Part shown: positions 39,701 through 42,227 of the stretch, one piece after another
Position numbering within the stretch: position 1 is the first letter of the stretch
How the letters are laid out: each line of letters starts with the position of its first letter
Assembly: GCA_038874655.1 (NCBI GenBank)
Contig: JAVZBY010000002.1
Coordinates: 1-42,227, forward strand
Direction: 5' to 3'
Origin: Candidatus Woesearchaeota archaeon
GTDB lineage: Archaea > Nanobdellota > Nanobdellia > Woesearchaeales > GW2011-AR15
Length of the DNA stretch: 42,227 nt
Notes under the pieces: generated by a model
What the model was told of the DNA's origin: nothing
Seen by the model: the letters and a program-made list of their open reading frames with translations, nothing else
Databases searched by the model: none
Program-made: the position numbers and the translations under genes

Positions 39701-39902
39701 CAATACAAAATTAAAAATTTTTGAAAATTCAGAAAATAGTTTAAATAGTCCTATAAAAGCTTATCTATCTAATTTAATAAATTCATTTAATATTAATAAC
39801 CAAATTTACCAAAAAATAAAAAATGTTCTTTTCTTTAATTCCCTATTTAGCTTATTTTTTATAATTATAATTTTATTTTTTATTAAGAATAAACAAAAAT
39901 AA
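36720..39902 (+). CDS. Secreted, membrane-anchored S8 subtilase with CUB-like insert, Fn3/Ig, TSP1-like and PGF-pre-PGF-like domains
   Basis: Signal peptide; VIDTG, HGTHVSG, SGN, GTSMATPHV; WSSFSNC..G.QTRQR..C; FSLFAI; C-terminal TM plus basic tail. Confidence 0.9.
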   Translation: MKKKILLFFIIILILITLSTNLIYSKNEKTNKPKISPEIDKYIDKIKKDKIEKNKNDLDIKIPVIISLKKNQKLNNEIITKSKHIKLNDKKFIIANITIDDFEKLKENPEIEAIYYNPRLKIFLDTSTKLLGSDSFWNLSINQESVNGSTQTACVIDTGIDFSHSAFGSCSINYFNNQGNNVSYFLETEHPYPINTKIKYKINYTGFSKIAVHFRNISVENEWDFIKILDENNYTIASYTGNLNNIWSPSVNGDTIYVLLESDESFNDYGFFIDEIKNGTTNNTVNWSCEKIIGGWDFINNDPIPYDDNGHGTHVSGIIASQNSNYPGVAKGSKLVSIKAMDSYGEGSPAIVAAGINYCVENKEKYNISVISMSLGDGSFSNYCDDYIDWFTDIVQIAIDKNISVVIASGNNGNSNGIAFPSCLKNVTSVGSVDKSRLISSYSQSSLILDLLAYGTNIISSQLSGGFISSSGTSMATPHVSGSILLINDFKKKQNTNSVYTPIQLETILKNTGILINDSRNNLSFPLVNLSNVLKEINTFPIIIFHYQDLNNSNISRNYSYLEFSFSTYVKNITLFYDSFNVSLNKPYTNVSYNLTNLTDGFHNYSIFAYDILENPVQSGTFFFYVDTIIPKSINDLNATLLEDGSVFLEWSKVIFDINNNTERVIYYNLYRTLNNQTNLLETIQNYNEIINYTDTNITTNNYTYYILTSDISGNINNSITEKNSITISVFCNTTFSNWSSFSNCINGIQTRQRQRICFGKQEIETETQNCIITSTSTSSGKSSGSRSSGGSSSTFTYLLNNNSLQINKKEFIIKNNTLNLTKELKNIQNYPLKKILFNQTNIKITLELINNLSKIEQNNELNNIYTIFNITLNTTAEAELFFSVNETWLLTKKINPENIALFKYIQNNQTWNLLETEFLDKEQIKNETYYNYKSYIPNFSLFAIAESQKNLTQKENEKYLNDSIISNQISNLINAQTNVIQNISEKQNKKNKTNTKLKIFENSENSLNSPIKAYLSNLINSFNINNQIYQKIKNVLFFNSLFSLFFIIIILFFIKNKQK

Positions 39903-39961
39903 CGATAAAACAAATAAAAAAAATAAACGATCTTAAATTTGATAAATAAATTTATTAGGTT

Positions 39962-40282
39962 TTAAACTTTAAAAACCATTTTTATTTTTTCTTTTAATGA
40001 ATCTTTTGACATTGCTCCAATTATATTTCCTTTTACTTGTCCTTTATCAAATAAAACTAAAGTAGGGATACTCATTATATTATATTTTTCAGCTAAATCT
40101 TGATTTTCATCAACATTTACTTTACAAAATTTTACATCTGTCATTTCTTTTGAAAGTTCCTCAAATCTTGGGCCCAAAATTCTACAAGGACCACACCAAG
40201 GAGCCCAAAAATCAACAATAACAGGTTTATCTGATTTTAAAACTTCTGACTCAAAATTTTCATTATTCAATTCAATTGGCAT
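39962..40282 (-). CDS. trxA: Thioredoxin
   Basis: DFWAPWCGPC, MSIPT; SD GAGGTGAT. Confidence 0.97.
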   Translation of the reverse strand: MPIELNNENFESEVLKSDKPVIVDFWAPWCGPCRILGPRFEELSKEMTDVKFCKVNVDENQDLAEKYNIMSIPTLVLFDKGQVKGNIIGAMSKDSLKEKIKMVFKV

Positions 40283-40308
40283 AAAAAAATCACCTCTTTT
40301 AAAAGAAA

Positions 40309-40503
40309 TTATCTTTCTTTATATACCTTTGCTTGAACCTCTCTTAAAAAATTATGTATATTTTCAAGCTCTTTTATAGAACCATAAATTTTATGTTGGA
40401 TATCTAAAGGCAAAATATCAGTATTATTTTTTAGATAGGATATTAAATTAGATTGTCTTCTTATTATATTATGTTGTAAATCTTTTAACATTTCAATACA
40501 CAA
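40309..40503 (-). CDS. Small hypothetical protein
   Basis: 64-aa ORF with helical pattern; start uncertain. Confidence 0.45.
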   Translation of the reverse strand: MCIEMLKDLQHNIIRRQSNLISYLKNNTDILPLDIQHKIYGSIKELENIHNFLREVQAKVYKER

Positions 40504-40703
40504 ATAAAAATCTAAATCTTTCTTAAATTTTTCTTTTTTATTTGTAAAAGTGTTTATTTTTTATTTTATGATATTTTAATTTTTATATTTTTATAAACTA
40601 TTGTTCCTAATTTTTTAGTAGTTATAAAATCATATAAAAAATGACTGGAAACTTAATAAAAAATAGAAATAAATAAATACTAAATCTTTTTAGAAAAAAG
40701 TAT

Positions 40704-41363
40704 ATGACTGAAATTATAACAGGAGTAAAAAACTATATTATTGAATGCAGAAAAAAAAATATTCCTGATTCTAAAATAATAGAAACTTTAAAAAATAGTA
40801 AATGGCCTGATGATATAATCGAAAGTGCAATCAAAGAAGCAAATTTAATTATCTCTTCAGTAAAAGAATCCCCAAGCCAAACAATTGAAGTAGTGCAAAA
40901 AAACAAAGAACAACAAACAATTAATCAAAGTATTCAAACACACACAACATTAATACAAGCAAATACTCTAACAAACACCACACAGGATACTATAACTCAA
41001 ACTTCACAAGCAGTACAAACAAAAATCTCAGATGATTTATTCACAAAACCACCTATTTTACAAGACCAAAAACCAAATATCTTAGAAGAAAAACCAAAAA
41101 AGGTTTTTACTCCATGGGTTATTATTGCCTTAATACTCTCTCCTATTCCTTTAATCGGCTTAGGTGTTTCAATGTCAGTTTTAGATTATGTTAATAAGAA
41201 TAATTATTCAGGTAAAATTATAGCATATCTTTCTTTGGTAATAAGTTTATTTGTTTTATTTTATATCTTGTATTTAATTTATCAAATATTCACACTACCT
41301 CCAGATCAATTAACTGGCTTTGCAAAATCAATAGTTGAAAAATTTAATTTATTAGGTTATTAA
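40704..41363 (+). CDS. Membrane protein with Gln/Thr-rich linker and two C-terminal TM helices
   Basis: N-terminal helical domain (YI....K...I...L....W), low-complexity linker, hydrophobic C-terminus. Confidence 0.7.
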   Translation: MTEIITGVKNYIIECRKKNIPDSKIIETLKNSKWPDDIIESAIKEANLIISSVKESPSQTIEVVQKNKEQQTINQSIQTHTTLIQANTLTNTTQDTITQTSQAVQTKISDDLFTKPPILQDQKPNILEEKPKKVFTPWVIIALILSPIPLIGLGVSMSVLDYVNKNNYSGKIIAYLSLVISLFVLFYILYLIYQIFTLPPDQLTGFAKSIVEKFNLLGY

Positions 41364-41441
41364 AAATATTTCATTAAAAAAATTAAAAAACCACAAAAAA
41401 GAGAAAATAAAAAAAGATTAAATTTTTGCTTAATACTAAAT

Positions 41442-42227
41442 TTAAATTTCTCCTTTTAATTTCTCTATTTCACTGCTTAAAAAGTCCAAGTTTTCAATCA
41501 ATTCTTTATATGAATTTCTTACAGTAACTTCTGTAACATCAGCAACTTTTGCAATTTCTGCTTGTGTCTTTTTTTCATTGTTTAATTTTGATGCTATATA
41601 TAAAGCACCAGCTGCAATTCCTTTTGGACTTCTACCACTTGTTATTTCTTCTTTCATTGCTATTTGCACAATGTCTAAAGCTTTACTTTGTGTATTTGGT
41701 TTTAATTGTAATTCAGATGCAAATCTTGATACATAATTCATTGGGTCAATTGGCAATGTTCTTATGTTCAAGTTTCTTGAAACATATTTAAAGTTTTTTG
41801 CAACTTTCTTTTTATCAATTCCTGTAACATCAGAAACTTCATTTAATGTTCTAGGAATATCATACATTCTTAAAACTGCATAAACAACACCAGCAACAAC
41901 TGCTTCTGTTGAATGACCTCTTACTAAACCTCTTTGAACAGCTTCAGTATAAATTCTTGAAATTTCTTCTTCTACATAAGCAGGCAATCCTAAAACAGAT
42001 ACTATTCTTTTAATTTCTGATAATGCCAATCTTAAATTAGATTCAATTGCAGTAGAAACTCTTCTTTGCCATAATCTTAATCTGTAAAATCTGTCTTTAT
42101 CTTTTTTTGATAATTTGTATAAATCTGCCTTAGTCCCAACTTCTGTGCCTAAACCTCTGTCTTCTTGTGTATATGTTAAAGGAGCTCCAGTTCTTCTTTG
42201 GCTTTGAGCAGCATCATGATCAAACTC
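41442..42227 (-). CDS. tfb: Transcription initiation factor IIB (TFB), 5' end outside the window
   Basis: Frame open to the edge: EFDHD...RRTGAP...RLRLWQRR..., PRTLNEV, GRSPKGIAAGALY, TQAEIA.VADVTEVTVRN. Confidence 0.95.
   Translation of the reverse strand, partial: EFDHDAAQSQRRTGAPLTYTQEDRGLGTEVGTKADLYKLSKKDKDRFYRLRLWQRRVSTAIESNLRLALSEIKRIVSVLGLPAYVEEEISRIYTEAVQRGLVRGHSTEAVVAGVVYAVLRMYDIPRTLNEVSDVTGIDKKKVAKNFKYVSRNLNIRTLPIDPMNYVSRFASELQLKPNTQSKALDIVQIAMKEEITSGRSPKGIAAGALYIASKLNNEKKTQAEIAKVADVTEVTVRNSYKELIENLDFLSSEIEKLKGEI

Noticed and set aside
1410-41791. Short antisense or overlapping ORFs in the track (e.g. 1410..1610, 8282..8713, 9050..9430, 18835..19272, 29581..29796, 32546..33006, 38834..39145)
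   Set aside because: They are shadows of well-supported genes, with no motifs or SD sites
1-42227. Alternative genetic code or programmed frameshifts at long A/T homopolymers
   Set aside because: Conserved genes translate full length with the standard code and use TAA, TAG and TGA as stops

Overview
Very AT-rich archaeal chromosomal segment, most consistent with a DPANN archaeon (Woesearchaeota-like). Archaeal markers include uS15, eS1, TFB, Rpp21, Dph2/Dph5, GAN/HAN-type DHH nucleases, FtsZ2-type FtsZ, two tRNA-Gln with an A1-U72 pair, BRE/TATA promoters and GGTGA Shine-Dalgarno sites. It also carries several bacterial-type genes (long-form ahcY, ribA, photolyase, gyrB, KimA-like transporter, TtcA, GT9, single-chain sdaA), a thiol-redox cluster headed by a double GILT-like protein, and a mosaic surface subtilase. 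I see no CRISPR array, transposase or integrase. The most unusual signals are non-coding: (i) five ACGCCAA repeats upstream of ftsZ, two of them exact hairpin loops, between two TATA boxes; (ii) hairpins whose loops carry anti-Shine-Dalgarno-like (A/U)UCACCC in the ftsZ 3' UTR and in a promoter-proximal leader ahead of two unannotated small ORFs; (iii) a structured leader upstream of rps15; (iv) ATTATTTAAG repeats upstream of a double-HTH gene. All calls come from reading the sequence and motifs; no database searches were run.
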